DNA of 64,000 nt from Candidatus Omnitrophota bacterium (GCA_030632085.1 DAOVJY010000004.1:16000-79999), one strand, 5' to 3'; shown: positions 1 to 10,214, counted from the stretch's first letter. A program made the numbers and translations. Notes: generated by a model from the letters alone, not told the origin.

Positions 1-477
1 TATAAAGATAAGATTAAATCAAAGAGTCAGCTATTAAAAGAAATCAAAAGGCTTAAAAAAGCTAAGAAAAAAATCGGTTTTACCAACGGGTGCTTTGACA
101 TAATTCATCCCGGGCATGTAAAATACCTTGAAGATGCCAAAAATAAATGCGACATTCTCATTGTCGCCATAAACACCGACAGTTCGACAAAAAAAATTAA
201 AGGTGACCAAAGGCCTATAAATAACCAAAAAGCACGGCAAATCGTCATAGCTTCACTGGAAGCTGTTGATTTTGTGGTTCTTTTTGATGAGCTGACACCT
301 CTTAAATTAATATGTCAGGCAAAACCGGATGTGCTGATAAAAGGAGCTGACTGGAAAAAGGAAGATATAGTCGGAGCCAAAGAAGTCTCTTTATATGGCG
401 GCAAAGTCTCAAGGATTACTTTTCTAAAGGGTTATTCAACAAGCGCCATCATCAAAAGGATAGCTGCTGGATTATAA
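1..477 (+). CDS. rfaE2: D-glycero-beta-D-manno-heptose 1-phosphate adenylyltransferase (RfaE domain II), 5' partial
   Basis: Frame 1 is open from base 1: ..IGFTNGCFDIIHPGHVKYL..AINTDSS..KGDQRP..KPDVLIKGADW..GYSTS. The ORF track shows only the last 67 aa. Confidence 0.9.
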   Translation, partial: YKDKIKSKSQLLKEIKRLKKAKKKIGFTNGCFDIIHPGHVKYLEDAKNKCDILIVAINTDSSTKKIKGDQRPINNQKARQIVIASLEAVDFVVLFDELTPLKLICQAKPDVLIKGADWKKEDIVGAKEVSLYGGKVSRITFLKGYSTSAIIKRIAAGL

Positions 478-909
478 ATGAAAATAGCACTTTATAGAAT
501 TATAGATGCTAATTACAATCGCCTGAAAGAAGGCTTAAGAGTTTGCGAAGATGTAATTAGATTTGCCTTTTCAAACGAAAGCTTAACACGCGATTATAAA
601 ACTCTAAGGCATAGCGTTACAGACGCGTTTAAGAAACTTGACATAGAACAAACAGAGTTGCTTGAATCGCGCGACTCCGAACAAGACGCGGGAAAAAAAA
701 CGCCTCGCTATGAGCTTAATAAAAAACGCCTCGAAGATTTATTTTTAGCTAATTTACAAAGAGCTAAAGAGTCGGCGAGGGTATTAGAAGAAACCTCCAA
801 GCTGGTAAATAAAAAAGCCGCGTTGCAATTTAAGGATATAAGATACAAGCTCTATGAACTTGAAAAAAAAACTTTTAAAAAAATCTCATCTTTATGTGAT
901 CGTAGATGA
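478..909 (+). CDS. ThiD2-like helical domain (N-terminal domain of cyanobacterial-type ThiE)
   Basis: RIIDANYNRLKEGLRVCED..ANLQRAKESARVLEE motifs; directly upstream of thiE. Confidence 0.8.
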   Translation: MKIALYRIIDANYNRLKEGLRVCEDVIRFAFSNESLTRDYKTLRHSVTDAFKKLDIEQTELLESRDSEQDAGKKTPRYELNKKRLEDLFLANLQRAKESARVLEETSKLVNKKAALQFKDIRYKLYELEKKTFKKISSLCDRR

Positions 910-1489
910 AGATATAGATAGCGCAAAAAAAGTTATCGCGCATGGCGCGGATATCGTCCAGCTAAGAATAAAAAACAAAAGTGATAAATTTATACTTCAG
1001 AAGGCGCGGCAATTAAGAAAGTTTACAAAAAAACATAACGTTCTTTTTTTGATTAATGATAGAATTGATATAGCCAAACTTACGGATGCTGACGGTGTCC
1101 ACTTAGGCCAAGAAGATACAAGTATTGAAGCCGCCCGGAAATTTTTGGGAACTAAGTATATAATTGGAACTTCAACTCATTCTTTAAACGAAGCAAAGAA
1201 ATCATTACTCCAAAAACCCGACTATATAGCTATTGGTTCTATCTTTAAAACAGCTACCAAGCCGCATTTAAGGCCATTGGGAATAGGTAGAGCACTAAAA
1301 ATTATTGACCATACTACCATCCCTTATTTTGTTATTGGAGGAATTAATTTAAGAAACATTAATGCTCTCACGCGGCGAGGAATAAACAGAATTGCCCTTT
1401 ATAAAGCTATCATAAAAACAAAAAATCCGGAAATCATAACAGGAAGGTTTAAAGGTATTTTAGCGGATCATGAAAACGCTTATAGATAA
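854..1489 (+). CDS. thiE: thiamine-phosphate synthase
   Basis: VQLRIK, INDRIDIA, DGVHLGQED, GTSTHS, FKTATK, VIGGIN motifs. Confidence 0.9.
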   Translation: MNLKKKLLKKSHLYVIVDEDIDSAKKVIAHGADIVQLRIKNKSDKFILQKARQLRKFTKKHNVLFLINDRIDIAKLTDADGVHLGQEDTSIEAARKFLGTKYIIGTSTHSLNEAKKSLLQKPDYIAIGSIFKTATKPHLRPLGIGRALKIIDHTTIPYFVIGGINLRNINALTRRGINRIALYKAIIKTKNPEIITGRFKGILADHENAYR

Positions 1490-2756
1490 AATCAGAAACA
1501 AACAACTGCCTCCCATAGTAAAAAAAATCGCGAAATCAGAAGGTTTGAATCCAAAAAAATTGGCCGATGACATAAAAAATGGATACGCGGTTATATGCTT
1601 TAACCATAAACACTCGCCTAATAAACCTTGCGCTGTCGGCAAAGGCCTAAAAACCAAGGTTAATGTAAATATTGGTACCTCTCCGGACTTTAGCAGCCTT
1701 AAAAATGAATTAAAAAAGCTTGATATAAGTTTGAAATATGGCGCGGACGCGGTTATGGATTTAAGTACAGGCGGCAATTTAAGACAAATAAGGCGTAAGA
1801 TAATCAGTAAATGTCCTGTTTCCGTAGGAACAGTACCCATATATGAAACAGCGGTCTTAAACGCTAAAAAAAATAAAAAAATTAGAGATATGAAGATTGA
1901 AGACATTTTTGATGCCGTCCGGCGCCAGGCGGAGGATGGAGTTGATTTCATGACGCTTCATTGCGGCCTCACCCTTGAGACTATAAAAAGATTGAAAAAT
2001 GAGGGAAGGTTACTTAATATAGTCAGCCGCGGAGGTGCTTTTTTAGCTAATTGGATGATGCATAACAATAAAGAAAATCCTCTATACGAACATTACGATG
2101 AGCTGCTTGATATACTGCGTGACTTTGATGTAACTATTTCACTAGGCGACGGTTTAAGGCCAGGCTGTATAGATGACGCTACAGACCGCTCCCAAATACA
2201 GGAACTAATTTTTTTGGGTGAATTAGCCCAGAAAGCTAATAAAAGGGGAATTCAGGCGATTATTGAAGGGCCGGGCCATGTACCATTAAATGAAATTAAA
2301 ACCAATATGCAAATACAGAAAAAGCTTTGCAACAACGCTCCATTTTATGTCCTGGGGCCTTTAGTAACTGATTCAGCATTAGGTTATGACCATATTGCCG
2401 CCAGCATAGGAGCCGCTATAGCGGCAACTTACGGAGCCGACTTCATTTGCTACCTAACTCCCGCTGAACATCTGGGCCTTCCGTCAAATGAAGACGTAAA
2501 AGAAGGCTTAATTGCTACTCGCATAGCGGCGCACGCGGCTGATGTAGCCTCCGGTAATAAAAAAGCTATCTTAAGAGATAAAATGCTTTCGCAAGCCAGA
2601 AGAAAAAGAGACTTCAAGCTGCAATTTGATTTAGCGCTTGAGCCAAGAAAAGCAAAAGCTAAATACAAAGAGCTAAAGGCAAAAAAGAAAGATGTATGTT
2701 CAATGTGTTCTGAATTTTGCGCAATCAAAACAATGGAAGAGGTGCTTAAAAAATGA
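1470..2756 (+). CDS. thiC: phosphomethylpyrimidine synthase
   Basis: KVNVNIGTS, MDLSTGG, SRGG, SLGDGLRPG, EGPGHVP, TPAEHL, C-terminal CSMC..FC. Confidence 0.95.
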   Translation: MKTLIDKIRNKQLPPIVKKIAKSEGLNPKKLADDIKNGYAVICFNHKHSPNKPCAVGKGLKTKVNVNIGTSPDFSSLKNELKKLDISLKYGADAVMDLSTGGNLRQIRRKIISKCPVSVGTVPIYETAVLNAKKNKKIRDMKIEDIFDAVRRQAEDGVDFMTLHCGLTLETIKRLKNEGRLLNIVSRGGAFLANWMMHNNKENPLYEHYDELLDILRDFDVTISLGDGLRPGCIDDATDRSQIQELIFLGELAQKANKRGIQAIIEGPGHVPLNEIKTNMQIQKKLCNNAPFYVLGPLVTDSALGYDHIAASIGAAIAATYGADFICYLTPAEHLGLPSNEDVKEGLIATRIAAHAADVASGNKKAILRDKMLSQARRKRDFKLQFDLALEPRKAKAKYKELKAKKKDVCSMCSEFCAIKTMEEVLKK

Positions 2757-3652
2757 GTTTATTAGTTGTCGGTTCGGTTGCTTACGATTCAATTGAATCT
2801 CCGTATGGAAAAAAAGATAATGTCCTGGGAGGTTCCGCTCTTTACTTCTCATTGGCCGCGAATTACTTCAGCAAAGTGAAACTTGTAGCTGTTGTAGGAG
2901 AAGATTTCAAAAAAGGTGATATTAACTTTTTAAGAAAAAAAGGGATTGATATAAGAGGGTTGGAGATTGCCAAAGGAAAAACTTTCCGATGGAAGGGAAA
3001 ATATTCAGCTGATTTAAATCACCGCGAAACTATTTACACCCATCTAAACGTCTTTGAAACCTTCAAACCAAAACTTCCGGCAGACTATAAACGCAGTAAG
3101 TATGTTTTTTTAGCTAATATTGATCCCGACTTACAACTTGAAGTTTTAAATCAAATAGAAAATCCAATACTTACAGCATGTGACACTATGAATTTATGGA
3201 TAGATAATAAAAAGAAAAGTTTATTAAAAGTTCTAAAGAAGATACAAATCTTTATTGTTAATGATTCTGAAGCTAAGGATTTAAGCGAAAAGCATAATTT
3301 AATTAAAGCCGGGGAAAGCCTATTAAAAATGGGGCCTAAAATGGTAATTATTAAAAAAGGTGAGCATGGGGCTATAATTTTTGGTAAAAACTTTAAATTC
3401 TCATCAGCGGCTTATCCACTGGAAGAAACCCTGGATACTACCGGTTCCGGTGATGTTTTTGCGGGTGGATTTATGGGCTACATGGCTAAGACAAAGAAAT
3501 TAAACCAAACTAACTTTAAAAACGCGGTTATATATGGTAGTATATTAGCATCTTATAATGTGGAGGCATTCTCCATAGAAAAATTGAAGAAGTTAAAGAA
3601 ATCTGATATTGATAAAAGGTACAAAGAGTTCAAAAAGTTAACCAGCTTTTAA
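2753..3652 (+). CDS. PfkB family carbohydrate/nucleoside kinase
   Basis: GGSA near N-terminus; DTTGSGDVFAGG PfkB signature. Confidence 0.9.
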   Translation: MSLLVVGSVAYDSIESPYGKKDNVLGGSALYFSLAANYFSKVKLVAVVGEDFKKGDINFLRKKGIDIRGLEIAKGKTFRWKGKYSADLNHRETIYTHLNVFETFKPKLPADYKRSKYVFLANIDPDLQLEVLNQIENPILTACDTMNLWIDNKKKSLLKVLKKIQIFIVNDSEAKDLSEKHNLIKAGESLLKMGPKMVIIKKGEHGAIIFGKNFKFSSAAYPLEETLDTTGSGDVFAGGFMGYMAKTKKLNQTNFKNAVIYGSILASYNVEAFSIEKLKKLKKSDIDKRYKEFKKLTSF

Positions 3653-3654
3653 AC

Positions 3655-3715
3655 GCGGACGTGATTTAATGGTAGAATGAGAGCTTTCCAAGCTCTATAC
3701 GAGGCGTCCGATCCA
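3655..3715 (+). pseudogene. tRNA-Gly(TCC)-like gene lacking the T-arm (61 nt)
   Basis: GCGGACG-TG-ATTTAATGGTAGAAT-G-AGAGC-TTTCCAA-GCTCT-ATAC-GAGG-CGTCCGA-T-CCA. Acceptor, D and anticodon arms plus CCA are present; the GTTCGA loop is absent. Confidence 0.8.
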
Positions 3716-3722
3716 TAATGTT

Positions 3723-4415
3723 ATGAAAGAAAAAAATTTAGTCATATACTTAATTCTTTGTTGCTTATTTTGCTCGGTATTCTGCGCCGGATGCAAAACA
3801 ACCAGAAGCTCAAGGTCAACTTTAGCCAATATTCAATCAGTTCCCGGTAGATACCACAAAGTAAAAAAAGGGGAGACCTTATGGGGTATTTCAAAATCAT
3901 ACGGCCTCAGCTTAGATGAAATAATTAAAGTTAACCGCATCTCAGACGCCTCCATTATCAAGGTGGGCCAGTTAGTCTTTATACCTAATAAACCGGGCAA
4001 ACCGCTCAAGCAACAAGCATATCAGCCTCCCATTAAAGCGGAAGGTAATTTTCTCTGGCCGGTAAAGGGAAAAGTTGTTAGCTGCTACGGAATTAAGTAT
4101 AACGGCATTAAGTCAAAAGGGATTAGAATAAAAGCCAGACGAGGGCAAGAAGTCAAAGCGGCTCGATCAGGCACAGTATCCTTTTGCGAAGATAAACTTA
4201 AAGGTAAGGGCAAAACTATAATCATAGATCATAGGGACGGTTTTTTAACCGTTTACGCGCACAATTCAGAAAATCTGGTAGATTTAGGGGAAAAAGTAGG
4301 GCAGGGACAGGTTATCGCGTTAATCGGTAGTACCGGCCGCTCAGAATATCCGCAGCTTTATTTTGAAATAAGAAAAGGACACAAACCCCAGAACCCATTT
4401 TATTATTTACCATGA
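3723..4415 (+). CDS. LysM + M23 peptidase-like lipoprotein (NlpD-like)
   Basis: Lipobox CAGC, Lys[15 protein letters not shown]23-like WPVKG..YAHN..GSTG..LYFEIR; zinc ligands appear degenerate. Confidence 0.85.
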   Translation: MKEKNLVIYLILCCLFCSVFCAGCKTTRSSRSTLANIQSVPGRYHKVKKGETLWGISKSYGLSLDEIIKVNRISDASIIKVGQLVFIPNKPGKPLKQQAYQPPIKAEGNFLWPVKGKVVSCYGIKYNGIKSKGIRIKARRGQEVKAARSGTVSFCEDKLKGKGKTIIIDHRDGFLTVYAHNSENLVDLGEKVGQGQVIALIGSTGRSEYPQLYFEIRKGHKPQNPFYYLP

Positions 4416-4702
4416 GCATATTAGATAAAATAAAAAAACTTTTTAGCTTAACCCCAAAGAATGAACATATTTCATTTAATATCAAGTGCGGCAAATGCCA
4501 AGAAATCATTACCGTCCATGTCAGCCCGACTAATGATCTCATGAATCAATATACAGACTTGAAGGATTCAGGCCCCGCTTACATACTAAAAAAAGAAGTT
4601 TTAGGTAATAATTGCAATAATTTAATGAAACTCACGGTAGAATTTGATAAAAATTATAACGTTATATCAAAATCCGCGGAAGGCGGAGAAGTTATCTCAT
4701 AA
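4412..4702 (+). CDS. hypothetical protein with CxxC
   Basis: Coupled ORF in operon; KCGKCQE motif. Confidence 0.7.
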   Translation: MSILDKIKKLFSLTPKNEHISFNIKCGKCQEIITVHVSPTNDLMNQYTDLKDSGPAYILKKEVLGNNCNNLMKLTVEFDKNYNVISKSAEGGEVIS

Positions 4703-4708
4703 ATAATT

Positions 4709-5203
4709 ATGCTAAAAGTCGGCGTAATCTCAGATACTCATATACCTATTAATTCGTTGAATATCTCAAGTGAAATAAAAAAACATTTTAAAGGCGTTGA
4801 TTTAATTCTTCACGCGGGAGATTTGATTAGCTTGGATGTCTTAAACGATTTAAAAAAAATTGCGCCCGTAACCGCGGTCTCGGGCAATATGGACAATTTT
4901 GATGTAAAAGCAAAGCTTCCCAAAAAACAAGTCATTAAGATAGATAAATATCGCATCGGATTAATACATGACCCCGGGAATCTGAAGAAAAAAGAGGAGA
5001 TATTAAAAAATTATTTCCCGACTGATAAATTAGACATATTAATCTACGGGCATACTCATGTGCCCGCTTGTGATACTTATAAAAAAACAATTTTTTTTAA
5101 CCCCGGAAGTGCCACTGATACAATTTTCGCGCCCTACAAATCTGTGGGCTTAATATATCTGAATTCAACCTTAAAAACAAACATAATAAAACTGAAAGAT
5201 TAA
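4709..5203 (+). CDS. YfcE/MJ0936-family metallophosphoesterase
   Basis: SDTH, HAGD, GNMD, GHTH, NPGS motifs. Confidence 0.9.
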   Translation: MLKVGVISDTHIPINSLNISSEIKKHFKGVDLILHAGDLISLDVLNDLKKIAPVTAVSGNMDNFDVKAKLPKKQVIKIDKYRIGLIHDPGNLKKKEEILKNYFPTDKLDILIYGHTHVPACDTYKKTIFFNPGSATDTIFAPYKSVGLIYLNSTLKTNIIKLKD

Positions 5204-5206
5204 ATA

Positions 5207-6199
5207 ATGCATTTAATAAGCCTGCAATTTGCTTTCTTTTTCATTGTTATCATTTTAGCGGGTTGGCGATTATCCGATTACGCTCAAAAAATATCAAAAA
5301 AATCATTATTCCCGGAAGGCCTTTTTGGTGTTATCTTTCTGGCTATAATCACTTCATTGCCTGAGATATTTACCAGTATTGGCTCTGTCACTGTTGTTAA
5401 TTATCCAAACATGGCAGCCTCTGACGCTCTGGGGTCAATATTTATAAATTTAATTATTATTGTGTTCTTAGACATAGTGCAGGGCAAAGGCGGAATACTC
5501 TCAATCGCCAGCAAGAAACATATCCTGACGGCCAGCTTAACGATTGCGGTCCTTGGAATAGTCTTGACTTCGCTTTTACTTAGAAAAATAGCAAACATAA
5601 ACCTGGGCTTCTTCAACATAGGCCTTGATAGCATTGTAATAATTGTTATATATATATTCTGCGTAAAACTTTTAGTTAATTACGGCACTGAGGAAATAGT
5701 TAAAGAAGCTAACGCGTCTAACGATTTAGGGCTCTTGTGGGTTAAATTTATTATTGCCGCTATATTAGTAGTTATTTCAGGTTTTAGATTAGCATCATTA
5801 GGCGGAGAAATAGTCACCCATACCGGTTTAAATGATAGCTTTGTAGGCCTGGTTTTTCTGGCTGTAGCAACTTCTTTACCGGAATTAATTGTTTCATGGT
5901 CAGCCGTTAAACGCGGATCGATAGATATGGCCGTAGGTAATATTCTGGGGAGTAATTTCTTTGATACGGCCATCATTCCGATAACTGATATATTTTATCG
6001 AAGTAATCAAATAATGGCTGACTTAAATATTTCACACATATTTACTATTACTTTATGCATGATAATGACAGCTATTATTATTAGCGGTTTAATTTACCGC
6101 AGTAAAAAAACAATTCTTAAGCTTGGTTGGGATGTCTTTTTCATGGTAATAATCATTGTTGTTTCAATTGTCTTCTTTTATATAACAAATTTTAGTTAG
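5207..6199 (+). CDS. sodium:calcium antiporter family protein
   Basis: Two TSLPE alpha-repeats, GNILGSN, multiple TM helices. Confidence 0.88.
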   Translation: MHLISLQFAFFFIVIILAGWRLSDYAQKISKKSLFPEGLFGVIFLAIITSLPEIFTSIGSVTVVNYPNMAASDALGSIFINLIIIVFLDIVQGKGGILSIASKKHILTASLTIAVLGIVLTSLLLRKIANINLGFFNIGLDSIVIIVIYIFCVKLLVNYGTEEIVKEANASNDLGLLWVKFIIAAILVVISGFRLASLGGEIVTHTGLNDSFVGLVFLAVATSLPELIVSWSAVKRGSIDMAVGNILGSNFFDTAIIPITDIFYRSNQIMADLNISHIFTITLCMIMTAIIISGLIYRSKKTILKLGWDVFFMVIIIVVSIVFFYITNFS

Positions 6200-6208
6200 G
6201 AGATATTA

Positions 6209-6685
6209 ATGGATAGACTCTGGGCTCCCTGGCGCTCCAAATACGTAAAATCAAAAAAAGATAAGGGTTGCATCTTCTGCACGAAACCCAAACAGAAGAA
6301 AGATAAAGCCAACTATATAATCAAAAGAAGAAAGCATTGCTTTGCTATTTTAAATATTTTTCCTTACAATAACGGCCATGTAATGGTAGCGCCGTACAGG
6401 CATGTAAGCGATTTAGATGACTTAAAAAAAGACGAACTTGTAGAAATTATGGAGTTAACGCAAGAAATAATAAAAAAACTCAAGCAAATACTAAAACCAT
6501 GCGGCTTTAACTGCGGATTCAACCTAGGTGAAGTCGCCGGAGCAGGGTACGCGGATCACTTACATATCCACATCGTTCCAAGGTGGCAAGGTGATACTAA
6601 CTTTATACCTATTATCGGTAACGCAAAGGTCATTCCTCAATCATTAGATGATTTATATAAACGTTTAAGAACTGAAAAAAAATAA
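6209..6685 (+). CDS. HIT family hydrolase (Ap4A phosphorylase-like)
   Basis: LWAPWR, CIFC, FPYNNGH, HLHIHIVPRWQGD. Confidence 0.92.
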   Translation: MDRLWAPWRSKYVKSKKDKGCIFCTKPKQKKDKANYIIKRRKHCFAILNIFPYNNGHVMVAPYRHVSDLDDLKKDELVEIMELTQEIIKKLKQILKPCGFNCGFNLGEVAGAGYADHLHIHIVPRWQGDTNFIPIIGNAKVIPQSLDDLYKRLRTEKK

Positions 6686-6690
6686 ATACT

Positions 6691-9600
6691 ATGCAACATT
6701 CAGATTTTGTTCATCTGCACAATCACACTCTCTTTAGTCTTCTGGACGGCGCCTGCCACCTAAAAGATATAATGGAAGCAGCCCATAAATATAAAATGCC
6801 CGCCGTAACCATTACAGATCATGGGAACATGTTTGGCGCCATAGAATTCTACCTGCAAGCAGTTAATTATGGCCTCAAACCCATAATCGGAGTGGAAATA
6901 TACCTTGCTCCCGGTTCTCGCTTTGATAAAACAGCGCGGCTGGGAAAAGATACCGCCAACCATTTAACTCTCTTAGCAAAAAACGAAGACGGTTATAAAA
7001 ACCTTATGAAATTGGTTTCTATCGGTTATCTCGAAGGCTTCTATTATAAACCACGAGTTGATATTGAATCCCTAAAAACCCATTCCAATGGCCTGATAGC
7101 ATTAAGCGGCTGCTTAAAAGGAAGATTACCGCGACTAATCATGACAAATAATCAGGATGAAGCCAAAAAGTTAGCCGTTGAGTTATGTGAAATATTTGAA
7201 GGTGATTTCTATCTTGAGCTTCAAGATCACGGCATGCGGGAACAGAAAGAATTAAACCGCCGACTCATTAAACTCTCCAAAGAGTTAAATATTCCATTGG
7301 TAGCTACTAACGATGTTCACTATATTAAAAAAGAACATGCCAGGGCTCACGAAGCTTTACTTTGCCTGCAGACTCAAACAACCCTTGATGATCCTAATCA
7401 CATGCGGCTGCAGACTGATGAGTTTTACTTTAAAAGTCCCCAGGAGATGAAGGAAATATTCAAAGAGGTTCCCGAAGCCATCAAAAACACTATGGAAATA
7501 ACCAAAAAGTGTAACCTTGAGCTATCTTTTGATAAAGATTACCTACCAAAATTTAAGCCTCCCAAAGGTATAAGTAACAACAACTACTTAAATCAGCTTT
7601 GCTATGAAGGGGCAAAGAAGAAATTTAATATCATTTCCGATGAACTCAAAAAAAGACTGGATTACGAATTAAATATTATTGAAAAATCCGGTTTCACAAG
7701 TTATTTTCTTATGGTTTGGGATTTTGTTAAGTTTGCTAAAAATCAAAATATAATGGTCGGCCCCGGACGAGGTTCGGTGGGCGGAAGCGCTGTGGCTTAT
7801 TCGCTGGACATAACCAATATTGACCCCATAAAACATGATTTAATTTTTGAAAGATTTCTTAATCCGGAAAGAATAAGCATGCCTGATATTGATATTGACT
7901 TCTCTGATGAACGCAGGCAAGAAGTCATCGATTATGTTACCAACAAGTACGGCAAGAATAATGTAGCCCAGATTATAACTTTCGGAACCATGGCCGCTCG
8001 AGCTGTAATTCGCGATGTCGCCCGTGTAATGAATTTTACCTACGCGGAAGCTGATAAGTTAGCTAAGCTAATACCCGCAGACCCCAAAATGACACTAACA
8101 AAGGCATTGAAAATAGAGCCGGAATTAAATAATCTCTATAAAAATGATGAAAGAATTACCCAATTAATTGATACTTCAAAAATCCTTGAAGGCTTAAAAA
8201 GACATGCTTCAATGCATGCCGCCGGCGTCGTTATTTCCGAAGACGAATTAACTAATCATGTACCTCTATTTAAAACAAGTGAAGGTCAGATAACCACCGG
8301 CTACGACATGGAGTCACTTAAAAAAATCGGCTTGGTCAAAATGGATTTTCTGGGGCTAAAAACTTTAACGGTTATTGAAAAAACCTGCAAGATCATAAAA
8401 AGAGTAGAAGGGGTGGACATTGATATTGACAATTTACCCCCGGATGATAAAAAAACATTTAAACTTTTAAGTAACTCAAGATCCCTGGGTGTATTCCAGC
8501 TTGAAAGCAGCGGTATGCGCGACTTACTCAGAAAACTTAAGCCTGAAGTTTTTGATGACGTCGTTGCTTTGCTTGCCCTTTACAGGCCGGGCCCGCTGGG
8601 TAGCGGCTTAGTTGATGATTTCATTCATCGAAAACATGGCAGGGCAACAACAAAATACCTGCATCCGAAATTGAAACCCATACTGGAAGAAACTTACGGA
8701 ATCCTCTTGCACCAAGATCAAATTATGGTTATGGGTGTTGAGTTAGCGGGTTTTTCTTTTGCTCAGGCCGATATTTTAATGAGAGCTATCAGCAAAAAAA
8801 AACCGGAACAAATGGAACAACTTCACGGTGACTTTATCATCGGCGCGGTAAAAAGAGGAATTAGCGAAAAAATAGCCGAAAAAATATTTACCCTTATTTC
8901 ACATTTTACAGGATACGGATTCAACAAAGCCCATACAACATGCTACGCGGCTATTGCCTATCAAACGGCATACCTTAAGGCAAACTACCCTATAGAATTC
9001 CTTGCAGCCCTTCTAACAAGTGAAAAGGGCAGCGCGGAAAAAATTGCTCTGTATATAGAAGACGCTAAAAGTTTTAAAATAGAAACACTGCCGCCGGACG
9101 TCAATGAAAGTTTTGCTGAATTTACCGTTGTCAAAGATACTAATTCTATAAGATTCGGATTATCCGCCGTAAAAAATGTAGGGCGGGGAGCTATCGATTC
9201 AATTATAAAGGCCAGAATAAAAGGGCACAAGTTTACTTCTTTGTATGATTTTGCCAGCCGCATTGATACAAGGTTGGTTAATCACCGAGTTATCGAAAGC
9301 CTTATTAAATGTGGTGCCTTTAGCAGCTTTCATCTAAAACGATCACAACTAATGTCTATCTTAGACAAAACGCTGGAAGCCGCAAATAGGCTCCATAAAG
9401 ATAAAGCGGCGGGACAAATGTCTTTCCTGAATGATATAGATGACCAAAACGGATTCAAGAACAGTTTCACAAATATACCGGATATAGAAGAGTGGCCAGA
9501 AAGCCAAATATTAGCCTACGAAAAACAATATCTTGGATTTTATATTACAGGACACCCATTAGCCCAATACGCCAACTCACTAAAATTCTTTTCAAAATTG

Positions 9601-10143
9601 TCAATTTCTCAACTTAAAGAAGGTACTGACGGCCAAGAAATCTCCATCGCGGGAGTTATTGCTAAAATTCGCAAAACCGTGACTAAAAAAAAGGGAGAGA
9701 GAATGGCTATATTGCGCTTTGAAGACCTCACCGGGCAAACCGATGTCTTGGTATTCCCCAAAGCTTACAGCAAATCAAGCGAGGCAATTACCGATGACGC
9801 GATTGTGCTTATAAAAGGCCGCTTGAATCTCAAAGAAGAAAGCCCTAAGATTATTGCCGATGAAATTATGCCTATCAAAGAAGCTAGAAATAAATACACC
9901 GCTGCTATAGAGGTTAATCTTTATACAGCCGGATTAGAAGAAAAAACCCTGCAGTCCTTAAAAAACGTATTAGCAGAACACCCCGGAATAACCCCGGTCT
10001 ATCTTAACTTCATAGAACCTAATGGGAAAAAGCAGAAAATGCTCATCAAGAATGACATAAAAGTCAAAGCCGAAGAAGCCTTACTCGAAAAAATTGAGAA
10101 AATCCTCGGCCAAGACGCGGTGACTATTCAAGTTTACCCTTGA
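6691..10143 (+). CDS. dnaE: DNA polymerase III alpha subunit
   Basis: PHP HLHNHT..SLLDG, GPGRGS, MPDIDIDF, KMDFLGLKTLT, GFNKAH, OB fold; 1150 aa, no intein seen. Confidence 0.97.
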   Translation: MQHSDFVHLHNHTLFSLLDGACHLKDIMEAAHKYKMPAVTITDHGNMFGAIEFYLQAVNYGLKPIIGVEIYLAPGSRFDKTARLGKDTANHLTLLAKNEDGYKNLMKLVSIGYLEGFYYKPRVDIESLKTHSNGLIALSGCLKGRLPRLIMTNNQDEAKKLAVELCEIFEGDFYLELQDHGMREQKELNRRLIKLSKELNIPLVATNDVHYIKKEHARAHEALLCLQTQTTLDDPNHMRLQTDEFYFKSPQEMKEIFKEVPEAIKNTMEITKKCNLELSFDKDYLPKFKPPKGISNNNYLNQLCYEGAKKKFNIISDELKKRLDYELNIIEKSGFTSYFLMVWDFVKFAKNQNIMVGPGRGSVGGSAVAYSLDITNIDPIKHDLIFERFLNPERISMPDIDIDFSDERRQEVIDYVTNKYGKNNVAQIITFGTMAARAVIRDVARVMNFTYAEADKLAKLIPADPKMTLTKALKIEPELNNLYKNDERITQLIDTSKILEGLKRHASMHAAGVVISEDELTNHVPLFKTSEGQITTGYDMESLKKIGLVKMDFLGLKTLTVIEKTCKIIKRVEGVDIDIDNLPPDDKKTFKLLSNSRSLGVFQLESSGMRDLLRKLKPEVFDDVVALLALYRPGPLGSGLVDDFIHRKHGRATTKYLHPKLKPILEETYGILLHQDQIMVMGVELAGFSFAQADILMRAISKKKPEQMEQLHGDFIIGAVKRGISEKIAEKIFTLISHFTGYGFNKAHTTCYAAIAYQTAYLKANYPIEFLAALLTSEKGSAEKIALYIEDAKSFKIETLPPDVNESFAEFTVVKDTNSIRFGLSAVKNVGRGAIDSIIKARIKGHKFTSLYDFASRIDTRLVNHRVIESLIKCGAFSSFHLKRSQLMSILDKTLEAANRLHKDKAAGQMSFLNDIDDQNGFKNSFTNIPDIEEWPESQILAYEKQYLGFYITGHPLAQYANSLKFFSKLSISQLKEGTDGQEISIAGVIAKIRKTVTKKKGERMAILRFEDLTGQTDVLVFPKAYSKSSEAITDDAIVLIKGRLNLKEESPKIIADEIMPIKEARNKYTAAIEVNLYTAGLEEKTLQSLKNVLAEHPGITPVYLNFIEPNGKKQKMLIKNDIKVKAEEALLEKIEKILGQDAVTIQVYP

Positions 10144-10168
10144 CATTTCCGCTTTTATTATGTATTAT
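10140..10168 (+). promoter_or_regulatory. sigma-70 promoter for HU/IHF gene
   Basis: TTGACA-17 bp-TATTAT overlapping the dnaE stop codon. Confidence 0.7.
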
Positions 10169-10214
10169 TACTCCTAGAAACAAAAGAAGTTATAAAAAAT
10201 AAAGGGGGCAAGAT

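Noticed and set aside
478-1470. TPP riboswitch for the thi genes
   Set aside because: Genes abut or overlap, leaving no leader; no TPP aptamer core recognised.
6691-10143. Intein in DnaE (also considered for RtcB)
   Set aside because: Lengths are normal and no C/S...HN splice motifs interrupt the conserved blocks.
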